Notes under the pieces: generated by a model
Seen by the model: the letters and a program-made list of their open reading frames with translations, nothing else
What the model was told of the DNA's origin: nothing
Databases searched by the model: none
Part shown: in pieces, positions 47,532-61,108 of the stretch
Numbering within the stretch: the stretch's first letter is position 1
Layout: each line of letters opens with the position of its first letter
Made by a program: the position numbers and the translations under genes
From: Lepidodermella squamata
Lineage: Eukaryota; Animalia; Gastrotricha
Assembly: GCA_047495785.1 (NCBI GenBank)
Contig: JBLDXI010000042.1
Coordinates: 3,038,001 to 3,102,000, forward strand
DNA length: 64,000 bases
Direction: 5' to 3'

Positions 47532-48214
47532 ATTTTTATTTATTTATTTATTTATTCGTTATCGCAAGTGCACTTGTCATGCGTACGCAATTAGCCAGCC
47601 AGGCGCCTCACTGAGGATAAAAGATATTTCTCTAGGTTACAGTCAACATTAAGATATTGTTTAAAAACATTTAAAGAGGCAGAAACGACGTCAGCAGGTA
47701 GTTTGTTCCAATAATTAATTGTTCTTCTGTTAAAAAAATATTTTTTGCAATCGCGTTTACACTTAGAAGGTCTTAGCCGGTGTTTGCTAGCGTAATTTGA
47801 TTTAGAAAATTCATAGAAGTCGTCAAAAGTGACATCATAGAAGTGGTGATATAGCTTATAAGTTAATTTCAAATCATTTTTAAAGCGACGCTTTTCCAAG
47901 GAGTCCATTCCACTACGTTTCAATAAACAGTCATACGTAATATGGGAGTAGCGAGGTATATTAAAGGCTCTTTTGAGAAAATTAAATTGTAATTTTTCTA
48001 GTGATTCTATGACAGTTAGCAAGTATGGCGAATATACGGATGAACAGTAATCGATTATAGGAAGGACATACACACGGTAGGCTTCAAGTCTGAAGGAAGT
48101 ATTAGTAAAGGCTCTACAAATCAATCCACATAGTCTAAGACATTTTGTTTTAAGGTTATCGCAGTGAATTCTGAAGTCGAATTTTTTGTCCACAATTATA
48201 CCTAAATCACGAGG
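47532..48214 (-). mobile_element. 5'-truncated CR1/L2-type LINE 3' end with (AATA)n tail
   Basis: YRVYVLPIIDYCSSVYSP..LEKLQ..SLEKRR..FFNRRTINYWNKLP is the typical CR1-clade ORF2 C-terminus. Absent from the paralogous site near 62670. Confidence 0.92.
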
Positions 48215-48814
48215 TTAAAGAATCAAGTCTAAGCCGCTTATTTCCAAAACTCTTGAAACTAATGGATATCCTTTTCTGTGAATTCCATATCGCAACTTCA
48301 TATGCCAAGTTCTGAGCATTATTGTCTGTTGTGCTCTCCCAGGAAGCAAAATGGCGCAATGTGAAATCAGAGAAGAATAAGAAAAGTAGGCGGAGGGGAT
48401 ATTGCGCAATATAAATGCGAATAATGACGCTCAAGAATCGACAGTGTTCATTTTGTGAGGCAACAAGGGACTCAAACAAGGGAGATGATCTTGATGTCTT
48501 TGACAGCCCTGTAAAGCTGGATAGGATTAAAGCAAGTGACGGCCGACATCAAAATGACCTCAATCATGAATCCAATCGAAAAACCATACACCACCAAACT
48601 GCTGAACATGCTACCCACCTGGCTTGCTTCAAGTGTTAAAACGGTTGAATTGCTCACTCTTATCGTAAATTCCAGGCGGGATATCTTGCCCAACTACCGA
48701 CTGGATGTTCAAATTGAGGATGACGATGTTGGCCGGCTGTCATCCCAAGGGGTGATTTCATTTGGCCGTCAATTTGATGGAATGACCGATCGATCAATCG
48801 TTCAATCGCCCATA

Positions 48815-49097
48815 CATTATGTGACCACTTTTTAGGCGGGAAACTACGCCGTCTCTTATTGGTTCATTCAAAATACTACGCGGGCGATTCAAACAGTTGT
48901 TTTTTGCGGAAAATGATCGTTTTTACAACGATTGGCACGCGTTTTCGGTTTTCGATAATATAGCGCCATATAGCGCTAAAACGTTGCAAAAACTATTGTT
49001 TTTAATGTAAAAATGATCATTTGAATCGCCCGCGTAGTATTTTGAATGAACCAATAGGAGACGGCGTTGTTTCCCGCCTAAAAAGTGGTCACATAAT
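48815..49097. mobile_element. MITE with ~77-bp TIRs and TA duplication
   Basis: ATTATGTGACCACTTTTTAGGCGGGAAAC... inverted at both ends; empty site CCAATAGTTGTT at ~63243. Confidence 0.93.
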
Positions 49098-49477
49098 TAG
49101 TTGTTGGACCATTTTATTCAACTGGGTGTAGGCAAATCGGAAAATTCATGCATTACATCAATCAAGTCGACATAGCTACTAGCTGTACATCCCCAGTTCT
49201 CAACGATCGTCAGCTGTACCGCAATCTCTACTTGACCCAAACAACTGACAAGTACACCGCTCAGCCAATACTCAACTTCATAAGAGAGGTTGGTAAATGG
49301 AATAAAATAGCGATAATCTCCCGCACATCATGGTCTGTAAACGACTACTCAAATGCAATATTAATCTACCAGAAAGCTGTGGAGGCTAATTTCACAGTGA
49401 AATGGTTTGACTTGGTTTACGGGGCAATTATGACTGACGAAGTGATAATATCCCTGAAAGAATCGGATGCACGCATA

Positions 49478-49672
49478 GTTAGTTAGTTAGTTAGTTAGTT
49501 TTATTTTTGCTCCCAACATGTTACAATTTATTAGGTATCTATCATATAGATACTAAGTAGTTATATATATCACATATATATTGATAAATCTGGAGCCAGG
49601 GACACTTATGCGCCCTGTCCATCAGTATCACAGCATTGAGATAGAATTTTTAACATTATTTTAATAATTTAA
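49478..49672 (-). mobile_element. ~195-bp insertion with (TAAC)n tail, probable LINE/SINE 3' end
   Basis: (GTTA)x5 at the left end; absent from the paralog at ~63622. Confidence 0.65.
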
Positions 49673-49727
49673 TAATAATTGCTTACATGTCAGACCTAAA
49701 TATGCTATATTCTTTTATATGCATTTT

Positions 49728-50172
49728 ACATTTTAGTCTCGGCCTTGGAAGACGACATTCGGATCTTAGAACGCTTATTCATGTTAGGAAAAGTTGTCGC
49801 GCCAGTTTTAACCCATTGTTCCAGCATTGAATAGAAAATTTCCGTGAATTCAGTCGTCATTATTTGATTTGCCTAAATCAACAAAAATTCAAAAAATTAT
49901 GAGTGACGAAATTTTGTTACCGAAAATCTTCCGGTACCAGCGCCAGGAAACTGGGTCATATTTAGATTTTTCCAATCACTTATCAACTTTTGGACGTGAG
50001 GAGTTTGCGATCGAGGCGGGAGAAGCTGGAATCCGCTGATTCGAAAATTCTTAGCTCGCAGATTCATTGGAAGAAAAATTTCTTCAAGGTCAGAATCGAA
50101 ACTCTAAAAGTTTTTATTCAAATTTGAAAAAAGGTAAATTAAAAATTACTGCTTACCAAGCCAATGATTAGG
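49728..50172 (-). pseudogene. Fragment of a duplicated iGluR (end of exon 4, exon 5, most of exon 6)
   Basis: Colinear with 39580-40022; splice sites kept, introns more diverged than exons. Confidence 0.9.
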
Positions 50173-50320
50173 GTAATAATGACCGTCAATTAGGGTGGGT
50201 TTTTTTCTGTTGAGGCTTAATTAAATTCCGTGAACCGACCGCTCATAGCGCAAAATACGCTTAATTAATCGGTTATTAATTAGGACCAGACATATATGTA
50301 TAATACAAATTCAGGTTTTA

Positions 50321-50487
50321 CAGGGTGACCAAAAAATTCTGCAGAAGGCGAATTTAATGAGGAGTTGTAAGAAGTTGAAAAAAATTTCAAGCATTATTTT
50401 GCCAATGGAACTCCTCAATCTCTTGAAACTCCTCATTAAAATTATGCGCATCGAATTCGCCTTCTGCAGAATTTTTTGGCCACACTG
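50321..50487. mobile_element. MITE related to 33283-33476
   Basis: CAGGGTGACCAAAAAATTCTGCAGAAGGCGAAT IR; shared core TTTCAAGCATT.TTTTGCCAATG. Confidence 0.8.
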
Positions 50488-50834
50488 AAGGAAGACTTGA
50501 AACTCTGAATTATGAATTAAGAATTATGAAAATTATAATTTGGTAAAATAAGTCCCGCTGCCTTTTAGTGAACCCTGAGTTCAATTTTCAACATGGCACA
50601 TGCATTCAACCGTGACCATGAACTGTGACTGCATCCGAAACGCTACTTTTGAATATTACCTATTTTATTCCGTTTTGAAGGCTAAATTCATGAAAACAAG
50701 GTCCGCAGCCATCAAGGCTCTAATATGTATGAGAAAAAGCTAATACTGATCAAACGAATACATTAGGATCGATCTTCTGGAAGCTCAGAGTGCGAATTGC
50801 AACTTTGAGGCCCACTAGCGCATTTGAATAAGAC

Positions 50835-51310
50835 TCAGTTTGAGATAATATCACCATCGTATTTCCCGCCCAGAATGTCCTTGGCGATGTTCTTGGCCCA
50901 CAGATAGAAGGAACCGTTGTTTTCGCAGACTTGCCGCGACCCGAGAAGAGCTAGGCAGTGTTGCATTCGAACATCGTACAGCGCCCGGTCTTTGACTTGC
51001 AACGGCAGATTTTCCCACACTGTCGGAGCGTTTTCTCGCAGCCGAAGAATCCTTTTAGCCAAAATGACTGATGGAAATACAAAAATTGTGATTAAAAGAT
51101 CGGAGTTCCTAAAGCCTATAATGTCTTACTTCGAATAACAGCAGCCTTGCGATTCGAGATGCCAGACAAGGCCGGGGTCAAAATCTTCGGAGAAATGTTG
51201 ATTTGTTGATCAGCCATCGGCAAAACAGAGGAAGCAGGCACTGGAATTACCAAGCTATAAGCCATGCCGGTGGCAATTACGGAAAACGTGAAAAAGATCG
51301 CGACTAGCAT
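50835..51310 (-). CDS. Orphan secreted protein / prohormone-like, copy 2 (~137 aa; exons 51310-51130, 51067-50835)
   Basis: Signal peptide MLVAIFFTFSVIATGMAYS; RK and KR pairs; conserved exon 2 with CLALLGSRQVC. Confidence 0.8.
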
Positions 51311-52613
51311 GATCGAAATTTTCGCAGGTAATATAGTTAAAGTATCGGTTGAGATGACTTTAATAGGAATGCAAGTGACAATGCGAGTATTCGAATTTAT
51401 ATAGTGGCAACCCTCAGTTCCGCCCATTTGTTGATGTTTCAATTTTGACATTTTGTAATAATTGTCAGGGTCGAATTTATGTACAGTTTGGGATGAATAG
51501 GCAATTTAATAAAGCCTTATTGTCGACTTGACCTGTGGTAATAATACGTATTTTTACGTGCAATAATTTGTCACTTCTCGCCCTCATTTCACCTCAGGTT
51601 TTCTGCGTCGAATGTCAGATTTTGGAATTCCAGGATAAAAATTGGGCAAGGGAAACTCAATTGACTAATATCATGACGCGGTATTGAGCTGGGTAGGGCC
51701 ATCTCAGGCCACCTTGCGACTATGTGACTTGCGACAAATGATAAATCATCGCTGTTTTAAAAAGTAAAAGTCGCTTTTTTAATTCAATTTCTATTGCTCA
51801 ATATGCTGTCATTAACTTTGATTGATAAAGATTTGATTGATTGCGCAGTTATATTACGCGGCCCTGGTTAGATGATGGCTAATCAGACATGGGTAACTCA
51901 TATTACAGGTAGGCGGAGACAACACACAAATACAGTAATTTCGCATTTTCTCAGGGGAAATACAGGACTTTTTGAATCACTCTTGCTTTTATCTCTGTTC
52001 ATCCGATTCCGAATGAAAGAATTGGCGGTAAATCTAAACCCGTACAAGGCATGCAAAGGTTTACCATAGGCCCAATGAATTCTGACTGGGGAATGCAACG
52101 AAGCTACAACCCGCTACAATTGACAAAATAGCCAAAAACTATCAGTCATGGATCGTAAAATTTTGGAATTTTGCCGATGAATGATTGTTCCAATTATGGC
52201 CTCAAGTTTTCCAAGTAAAGCCTGAGTTTTGAAACATGAGCCATCTGAATTGTCCTAGATCCTAAAAGATACGCCTTTCTTTCAAAATCGAGCTTTGCAT
52301 TCAACTGAAGCGCGCTGCTGTGCTGAATTCATGAACATTTCCCTTCACTTGAAAACATTTTTTGTACCGAATTCAACGCCGAACCAGCCAGCCCATTGGT
52401 CGCGTATGCTCTGTAATTCAAAATTAACTGGAAAATTCCCAGAAAACGGATAATTATAATGCAGAAACCATTCCCCTTTATTGGATATGGATAGAAACCT
52501 GATACAGGAATCGCTTCTTGGATTGCATTTCTCCCTATGCATCATATCAAGGCTTGTTTAATGTTTTCAGTGCTGTGACTTGATTCCGGAAGATGAAGTC
52601 CTCAAGCTCCTGA

Positions 52614-52962
52614 CTATACTCGAGCGTAATAACGCATATTTGCAGCTGGCGCGGTGGTCGATTTAGCAATAACCGCGTAAAGTTGGCAAAAGTAGGCTTG
52701 CGAATCCCAGCCAATGCCCTTGCACATAGCCGTGTACTGGGATGATAAGCACAAAGTCGCACAAGCTTCAGCGCTGGTAACACCGAATTTGACATAGAGC
52801 AACTGGTTTCCCAAAGTAACAGTTGACGCCTTGAATTTGTCCAGAGCTGAAATGACAGGAAGAGTGCGCAAAAAAGTTGGCAATATATCGTAGTTATTTC
52901 TTACATGCTGCCATGGAAAGGCCGATGAACAAGCCGGCGATAAGAGCTAGTTTGCAGAACAT
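52614..52962 (-). CDS. Small secreted single PAN/apple-domain protein (~96 aa; exons 52962-52905, 52846-52614)
   Basis: MFCKLALIAGLFIGLSMAA signal; SAEACATLC..CKGIGWD....CQLY PAN pattern. Confidence 0.82.
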
Positions 52963-53289
52963 TGTTGAGGAGGTGACTGTTAAAAGTTATCTGATTTGCG
53001 ATTTTCTCGCCGTATTTAAAGCCAGGAACTTGAACTCAGCGGAGTGTTTTTCACTCGTTTATTTGATCATCTGTTCGAACCAGTATGTACATTTCGCTAC
53101 GTTTCACGACTAAAATCACTGTTTGTTCATCTGTTGTTTTCAACGAAGAATCAGGCGTGGCTGGCAAGCTCCCTGGGACGAAGCTCCCTGTTTGACTAGT
53201 GCCAACAACCGACAACTTCCGTCAATTTTGAAAAATTCTTGGCGCACTCATTTCGTAGATTTTCGCCAATTCAGACGGGCAAAATTCAT

Positions 53290-53440
53290 CGTGCATTCAA
53301 TAGGCACCATTCATTATAGCATTCTCAAAAAAGGAAATTTCACACCTTCGAAATTACGAAGTTGGTCGGATAGAAACTTCCTTTAGCCACAACATCTTCA
53401 ACAAACGTTTGGCTTGGATCAAGTGTGCCGTAATTTGTGT
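53290..53440 (+). pseudogene. Remnant of the 3' end of C1GALT copy A in the duplicated block
   Basis: aataggcacc..aaaggaaatttcacacc..aacttcctttagcc..tgccgtaattt matches 45100-45450 with deletions. Confidence 0.55.
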
Positions 53441-53833
53441 AAATCAAGGTTACTTTTCCAGAGTAAAGCTGAGCAGAATATTCCCCAGTGCCTAAAATGG
53501 ATTGCGAATCCTCATCCGCGAGAAATTTTCTGAACAGAGACGTCTAAAACTATGAATTTGTAGAAAGCTAACTGCTAGACAAAAAATTGCGCTCGGTTTC
53601 TGCCTTGATAGGCTGCCTCAGTTATGCTAATGCCGGAATATGTGCTAAATTATATGAAAAAGTGGCATGACTTGCTGGCGAAACTTTTAGTGTAATACTC
53701 ATTACACAACATGCACACACGAACAGCACGAGGCGTCACTCGCCCAGTTATAATACTTATAGTAGCCTTAACATGCCATAGTTCTTACCATCCTTTCTGC
53801 TTCATATTGAAGTTGTTTAAGTGATTGGAGAGG

Positions 53834-55149
53834 ATGAAACTCACAGCTGGTGGCTTAATCGGAATCAGCAATCATCCTTCAGATGCAGAAAACCACCAGC
53901 CTCAAAACATTGCAGCGGATAGCAGGAGATTCCCGGCGAAATATAGTCGCAGTCGGAGGCAGTTCAAACCTTCAGGTAGACTCTGCCTAAGAGCAACGCG
54001 GAAAATTTGTGAAGGGATCACAGGATTCGGACGTTCTGGTGGTGTATTACCAGCGATTTGCTGGTTTTTCGTCGGAGTATTCATTACAAACATTTTACAA
54101 CGGCCAACACAACTATCTATGGACAAGCCAACACGATATGACAGCTTCTCGACAACCGGTTTCATTGAAACTTTGTTTCAATCGCTTAACAATAAATCAA
54201 AAGACGTTGCCGACATATTGGCGGATAGGATACGAGTATTGTGCATTGTTATTACGACAAGAAACAATCATGAAAGCAAGGCCAGGACCGTTAGCCAGAC
54301 GTGGGGAAAGCGATGTACACAGCTTGTATTCGCGACGGATGCTGAGGACGAGGAGCTGCCAAATACGGTCGTTGCACACAACAAAACTACCCATGAGCAA
54401 CTGTGGTCCAAAACTTACACAGGTTTCGAATGGGCCTATGATAAGCACATCAATGATTTCGACTGGTTCCTGAAGGCAGATGACGACACTTATATATTCA
54501 TGGAGAATCTCAGGGCTATGTTAATCGATTACAACCCGAATGATGGAGTTTTTCTGGGCAGGGAGTATCGTCCTTACAACTGGAGTTATCCAGAGTCTTA
54601 TCACGGCGGAGGGCCTGGCTATGTCCTGAGCCGAGGGGCCTTGATCAAACTAGTCGAACAAGGCTTCCGGAACGAGTCAACATTTTGTTTTAACTACGAT
54701 TCAATGTGGCCTGAGGGTGAGAGTAAAAACATTCGGCTTCCCCTTTATTTAATTTGACTGTTTCATGCCTAGATGTAGCTATGGCGCAATGTTTGGCCGA
54801 CGTCGGCATTCCGACAAAAGACACACCTGATCATGTTAACAGGGCTCGTTTTATACCTACTGCAATCGTCGATAATTTGATTCCAGGCAAATTGAGATAT
54901 ACTAGCTGGCTTTGGGAATACATGGAGGATTTTGCAGACGCTGAAGAATGCTGCTCGAGTATTGCAATCGGCTTTCATTACGTGTACCCATATGATATGG
55001 TCTTTTACGAGTACATTGTGTATAGATTTCATTTATTTGGTAGGAATGTTTATGAAACCAATTACGCAATCGCGAAGTTGACTCGTGAAACTGTTGTAGA
55101 GACTTTGAACATGAAAGGATACGCGGAAGTAAAGGCACGTCCTGCATGA
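53834..55149 (+). CDS. C1GALT1: C1GALT1-like glycosyltransferase, copy B2; intron 54717-54772
   Basis: Same motifs as B1; first ATG at 53834. Confidence 0.92.
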
Positions 55150-55187
55150 GGCTTTCAATTTTTTAAACCCTAATTAATTATTGGATA

Positions 55188-56064
55188 CACCTTTTCCCGG
55201 AGCAATTTGCCACGGCACCATTGGAGTTTGCCGATCTATTTTTAGCATGAACTTGTTGACATGAATGATCATCATTATTTTTTGCGTCTTCTTCGTCGTC
55301 GTATTCCACTTCTTTGGTAATGATAGTAATGAATGGATTTTATTGCTTTTTGCGCTAATCAGTAACAAAAAATACGGCACGCGCGAACTTTTTATTACGC
55401 TGATATTGTTTGGGTCAATTTTTTGTTTGTACTATTAGCAGGCGTTAACAACCTATTTTCAAAGAAAATAATAGGTACTAAGAAAAACTCCATTCTTAGT
55501 CTTTTTCTTCCTTGAAGTCCCACTTCTGAATAAGAAAACGTAAATAACGTCAGATTTTTCCAATGGTTTGAAATTGCAGTATGTCTAGGCTGAGCTTCGA
55601 AACTTTAAAATTTAAGTATTTTGGCAACTTTAAAACTGTTATAAATCGCCAATAAACAGCGTTTCAAGACTTGAACTATTTAACAAAAAATTCGAGCTAA
55701 CGCGTTTTCGCGGCGGTTGTGAAAATTTGCGGTGATCAAATAGAGCAAACGTTATTATCATCATCTCTGAGCGCTTCAAAAAATTTGCCTTCGAAGTCTT
55801 TTATCCGAAAATCGAAATAATTTAGTACAAAGCCACATTTAGCGACATCGGCGCTAGATTTGGCACAAAGATTGCCGTATTTTTTGTTACTGATTAGCGC
55901 AAAAAGCAATAAAATCCATTCATTACTATCATTACCAAAGAAGTGGAATACGACGACGAAGAAGACGCAAAAAATAATGATCATCATTCATGTCAACAAG
56001 TTCATGCTAAAAATAGATCGGCAAACTCCAATGGTGCCGTGGCAAATTGCTCCGGGAAAAGGTG
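55188..56064. mobile_element. Young TA-flanked non-autonomous element with 192-bp near-identical TIRs
   Basis: 55188-55379 versus 55873-56064; one mismatch noticed. ta|CACCTTTTCCCGG...CCGGGAAAAGGTG|ta. Confidence 0.93.
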
Positions 56065-56907
56065 TAATATAATATTTAGAAAAGTCTAATACGAGAAATG
56101 GGGTTTTGAATGTAATGACGAGCAGGAGATTGTCAGCTGAAACATCAACGCGCCTTGTTCTTTGCTGGTGTTAGGCCTTTTGGACATAGATCAACGGACA
56201 TTTTTGCAAGAGAAGCCTGCTGTTTGTTTTTCAATTTTCATGACAAAAAGCGTGACTTGAATCGAGCGAAACCTTAGTGCATTTACCTTTTGGTAGCCAG
56301 CATGGCTGCAAATGTAATGCGCCGTGGCCACATTCACACTGCACCGAATCACCGATTTTCAAAATGTATTTGAATTCATCTATGCATAAAATCACCCTAA
56401 TTCATTTACCACAAGCATGAAATCAGTTTTGGTATCTGAGTTTATGCTTTCGGTTAATGAAGTGCGGTGATTTTTACTGATTTAAGGATGAGCACTCTCG
56501 CAGAATTTTATGCCGAAGACCTAAGCTCCAAAAAGGTGACCCAGGGTCCAGATTATTTGACCTTAAGTAACCAAACTGTCTGAATTTCGCGATCTTTAGA
56601 CTCAAGGTTTCTGAGATTACTTTTCATTTTTGCAACGCTTTCCGAGACTCAAGCCAACATGTTGTACAATTTGAGGCGACCAATTGACTCGACCAATCGT
56701 CATCTGATGACCCGTGACGAATGACGAGATCCATTACTTGCTCCCAGTAACACTCATGCAGGCGCCACGAGAGGACGCCGATGCAGTTGGGTAAAAACAA
56801 TATGAGTGAACAATTGGATGAAGATCCTTTTACTCAACTCGTTAGCTTACAGTTGCCACGGGGTTTTAGTTGAAATCTTAAGCTGATTAATAATTTACTT
56901 GTCTCTT

Positions 56908-56965
56908 GTTGTAGAGACGTTGAACATGAAAGGATACGCGGAAATAAAGACACCTCCTGTATGAG
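56908..56965 (+). pseudogene. 3' remnant of a deleted C1GALT copy (B3)
   Basis: VVETLNMKGYAEIKTPPV*, followed by downstream DNA homologous to that after B1 and B5. Confidence 0.8.
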
Positions 56966-58652
56966 GCTTTTAAATGACGTTAATTTTTATCACGTTATTC
57001 AATCTCGGCTATAATTCAATATAGTTCACACGACAGAGATGAATGAGCAAGAGACGTTTGGCTGAAACATCAGCGACTCGTTTTTTGCTGCTTCCACGGC
57101 CCATTCGATTTTTCGGTAATAGGTCATCACCGGATGCTACATGAAACGCTAATATGAGAATTGTTAATTCCGTAATTCCCCATACATTGAGTCTATTTAG
57201 ATGTCTATTACAGATGGCCGCGATCTGGGGTGGTTGCAAAACGTGATTCGCAACATGCGACTTTTTGCAGCTGAGAAAATATGAAAAAATATGATAATAG
57301 TTTTTCATATGAAGGAGTTGGATCGGCCAAGTTTAGTACTAGAAATGGTTCTTCTTCGCCATCGGCTTTTACGAAACTAAGTCAGAGGATCCGTTGCTAT
57401 ACGAGTAAAGGAGTGTACTACAAGAAACGCGCATGCTTTGTTTTTTTTTAATTTTCAGTTGTGAGACTCGAATCGAGCGAAACATATCAACTCTAGACCA
57501 GTAGGTTGTTCAGCGGGAGTAAGATACTGTCGTCAGTTCCAACTACTTACAATATTTATACCGACTACTATGCAGTGCATTTATTTGTTCGTAGCCAGCA
57601 GGGCTGCAAAAAGTGACCTATCAAGCCCAGTATCCTTCGTCCCAGTCGGTCGTCTTTTGTCGAACGGATCGGAGTCCGGAAAAAATTAACCAACGTTTCT
57701 GAACCTGAACTCCAATTAGGCATTTGACAAATTTTAGGTCTATACGAATTTATCCTAAAGAGGATTGAGTAGCATCGCGAAGTAGGCATGTTGCTTTTGA
57801 TTATTTGATTTTATATACCTACCTAGTGAAACCTGTATTTCAAGTATCCATGTGTTACCCTCGTTTTTTTCACTTTTGACCACGTTATTCAACTCCTCTA
57901 AGCCCGAAATCGTCGAAATTTTAGCAATTTTACGGCGATTATACCGCTCACAACCGCAAGTCAATCGACCAACAACCAACAACATGAAAAACGTTCATGA
58001 ACAACTTTGTTATGGCTTGAACCCCACTCGCCTGTTGAACGAGCCGGGGCAATAGCAACTATTCCATGTTGCTATAATATTTAATTATTACAGCGGAAAA
58101 TTCATTCAATGGAAAATTTGCCTGTTAGCGGAATCACATTTCGGAATTTTCCATAAGCCCAAAGCCACTTTTCAAAACTTTCAAGGATGTCATGATCGGC
58201 ATAATTTGAAACAAATCATCTTTATATTCAGCGATGAATTCTTTATAGGATGAGAACTTCACTGTAGAATTGATACATTGCCTCGATTTCAAAGTAATAT
58301 TCAAAAAAACGGCTCATCTAAAATTAGGTTCCACAATATGCGCATTTGCTAAAATATATTCTGTTCAACAACAGGCATAATTTTAGGAAATATTGGCTGT
58401 GTTCTAATCGGGACCTGGTTGCGTCTAAAACTTCATTCCGTTTTTTAGCTCGACCAAATAGCCCTAAAAAATATGTCACGCTCGAGCATGCTACTTTGCC
58501 TATAACAGATCTTTTAATGGTCATAGTAGTTGGTAGATGCACGCATGAACAGCACGAGGCATCGCCCTGCTTATTCATGCTTATTAGATAAGCCATAGTT
58601 CTTACCATCCTTTCTGCTTCATATATTGCAATTGTTCAAGTGATTGAAGGCG

Positions 58653-59963
58653 ATGGAACTCTCCATTGATGGCCCAATCAAAATCGACATGGATATTATT
58701 CCAGAGAGCCATCAGATCTTTCGAGTTGCAGCAGATGTCAAGAGAGCCTCAATAAAATCTAGCCGTAGTCGAAAGCGATTCAAACCTTTATCTAGGTTCT
58801 GCTTAAGAGCGATGCGAAAAATTTATGAGAGCATCACCGGATTTGGGCGATCTGGAGGGATATTGGCAGCGATTTGCTGGTTTTTAGTTGGAGTATTTGT
58901 TACAAGCGTGTTACAGCGGTCGATAGCGGTATTTACGGGCATACCAGTCCGAAATAGCAGCCTCACTGCATCAGGTTTCGTCGAAACTGTGGTTCGATCG
59001 CTAACCACTGAATCAAAAAGCGTTGCTGACTTATTGGCGGATAGGATACGAGTGTTGTGCATTGTTATTACGACAAGAAACAATCACGAAAGCAAGGCCA
59101 GGACCGTTAGCCAGACGTGGGGAAAGCGATGTACACAGCTCGTATTCGCGACGGATGCTGAGGATGTAGAGCTCCCTAGGACGATCGTTGCAATCAACAA
59201 AACTACCCATGACCAACTTTGGTCCAAAACCTACGCAGGTTTCGAATGGGCCTATGATGAGCACCTCAATGATTTCGACTGGTTTCTCAAGGCTGATGAC
59301 GATACTTACATTTTCATGGAGAATCTTAGAGCTTTGTTAATTGATTACAACCCGAACGATGGAGTTTTTCTCGGCAGGGAATATCGACCCTCTAACTGGA
59401 GCTATCCAGAATCCTATTACTCTGGAGGCCCCGGCTATGTCCTGAGCCGAGGGGCCTTGATTCCACTAGTAGAACAAGGCTTTCGGAACCAATCAACACT
59501 ATGTTTTGACTATGACGCAATGTGGCCTGAGGGTGAGTAAAAAAACTTCGGCTTCCCACTCTCTAATTCGACTCTTTCATGCCTAGATGTAGCTATGGCG
59601 CAATGTTTGGCCGACGTCGGCATTCCGACAAAAGACACACCTGATCATGTTAATAGGGCTCGTTTTATACCTACAAGAATCGTAGATAATTTGATCCCTG
59701 GCGAATTGCGGAACACCAGCTGGCTGTGGGATCACATGAAAAATTTCACAGATGGTGAAGAATGCTGCTCGAGTATTGCAATCGGCTTTCATTACGTGTA
59801 CCCATTTGATATGGTCTTTTACGAGTACATTGTCTATAGGTTTCATTTATTTGGTAGGAATGTTTTTGAAAATAATTACGCACTCGCGAAGTTGACTCGA
59901 GAAACTGTTGTAGAGACTTTGAACATGAAAGGATACGCGGAAGTAAAGGCACGTCCTGCATGA
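58653..59963 (+). CDS. C1GALT1: C1GALT1-like glycosyltransferase, copy B4; intron 59533-59586
   Basis: Same motifs; first ATG at 58653. Confidence 0.92.
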
Positions 59964-61108
59964 GGCTTTTTATTGTTATCTTATACCATGCCATTGTAAA
60001 ACGAACTATGGTGGTATTAACCGACGCCACTATAGCCAACACTCTACTCATGTACCAACACCCAATGCGCAGTAAAACGGTAGTGCAATGCTTCTAGCGA
60101 GATTGATATTCCGCTACACTCGAGACGCTGTTTTCTTATCTCATGTTCGTCAAGTCGCATCTCTTGTCGCATCGAACATTGATAATTTGGTGGTGTGATT
60201 CATGACAGGCAGTTTTCAGCTGCGTTCACCTCGTCCTTGTTTCAAGTTTTGATGCGGCCTGACGTTCCTTGTCACGTGGCTGGTCACGTCTTCAATTACA
60301 ATACGGAAGGCGTCTCTCATATCGAATTTTCTGGGAATTTAGCCTGTGCGGTGCATCGAGGCCTTCAAGTGTTTCGGACGGCATTTGAAATTTGCGCGGT
60401 CTTTGTTCACTGATGGGTGTGCTTATTTCTTTTGTCATGTTTCTTTCTCGATGATGATGCCAAACGGCTGAGGAGACCGTTTAGCCTCCTCCTCCTTTTT
60501 ACTGAAGTTAAAGCTAAGGCTAAAGCTAAGTTTCATCCAACGGTTGCAGAATTTCTTTCTTTTGGTCTTCATGTGCTTCTGCTGGTGAGCCGGGTACAGG
60601 CTTTTCGGTCATTGATGCCTCCCTATGATCAAGGCTCGGCAGGGTGTTGCGGGCAGTAGTGCCACGAAACACGATCTCGGCGAGGAGCGTTCGAATGAAG
60701 TGATTCAAGAAAAATTATGTTCTACGGACCACAGAGACGACAGATTTAGAGTTCTCATTCGGCTAGTTGGCATAGTTTCGCAACAAGCCGAGATTCTGAC
60801 CAGACACTTTGAAAAATATGAACTTGGAGAAAGCTAACGGCTAGACAAAAAAATGTGCTCGTTTTTGCCTTTAACAACCGTGATGCTAAGGCCGGAATAG
60901 GCGTTACATTATATAAAATAGAAGCATGTCTTGCTGGCAAAAGCATCTTCGTGATATTGTGTGTGTAATACTTATTAGATGCACACATGAATGGCACGAG
61001 GCGTCACTCGGCCAGTTATGATTCTTCTACAAACTAGCATAAGCATGACTTAGTTCTTATTATCAATTCTGCTTCTACTATTGACGTTTGTTAAAGTGAT
61101 TGGAGGGG

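Larger units (their letters stand above)
48415..49722 (+). pseudogene. Truncated GABA-B-like GPCR pseudogene (paralog of the gene at 62856)
   Basis: Colinear with 62856-63672; early frameshift, two insertions, and it ends at a duplication breakpoint. Confidence 0.9.

Noticed and set aside
55174-56072. Pair of near-identical 68-70 aa ORFs on opposite strands
   Set aside because: Artefact of the terminal inverted repeats.
60190-60840. Coding-like composition between B4 and B5
   Set aside because: Multiple stops in the frames examined, and no recognisable domain.
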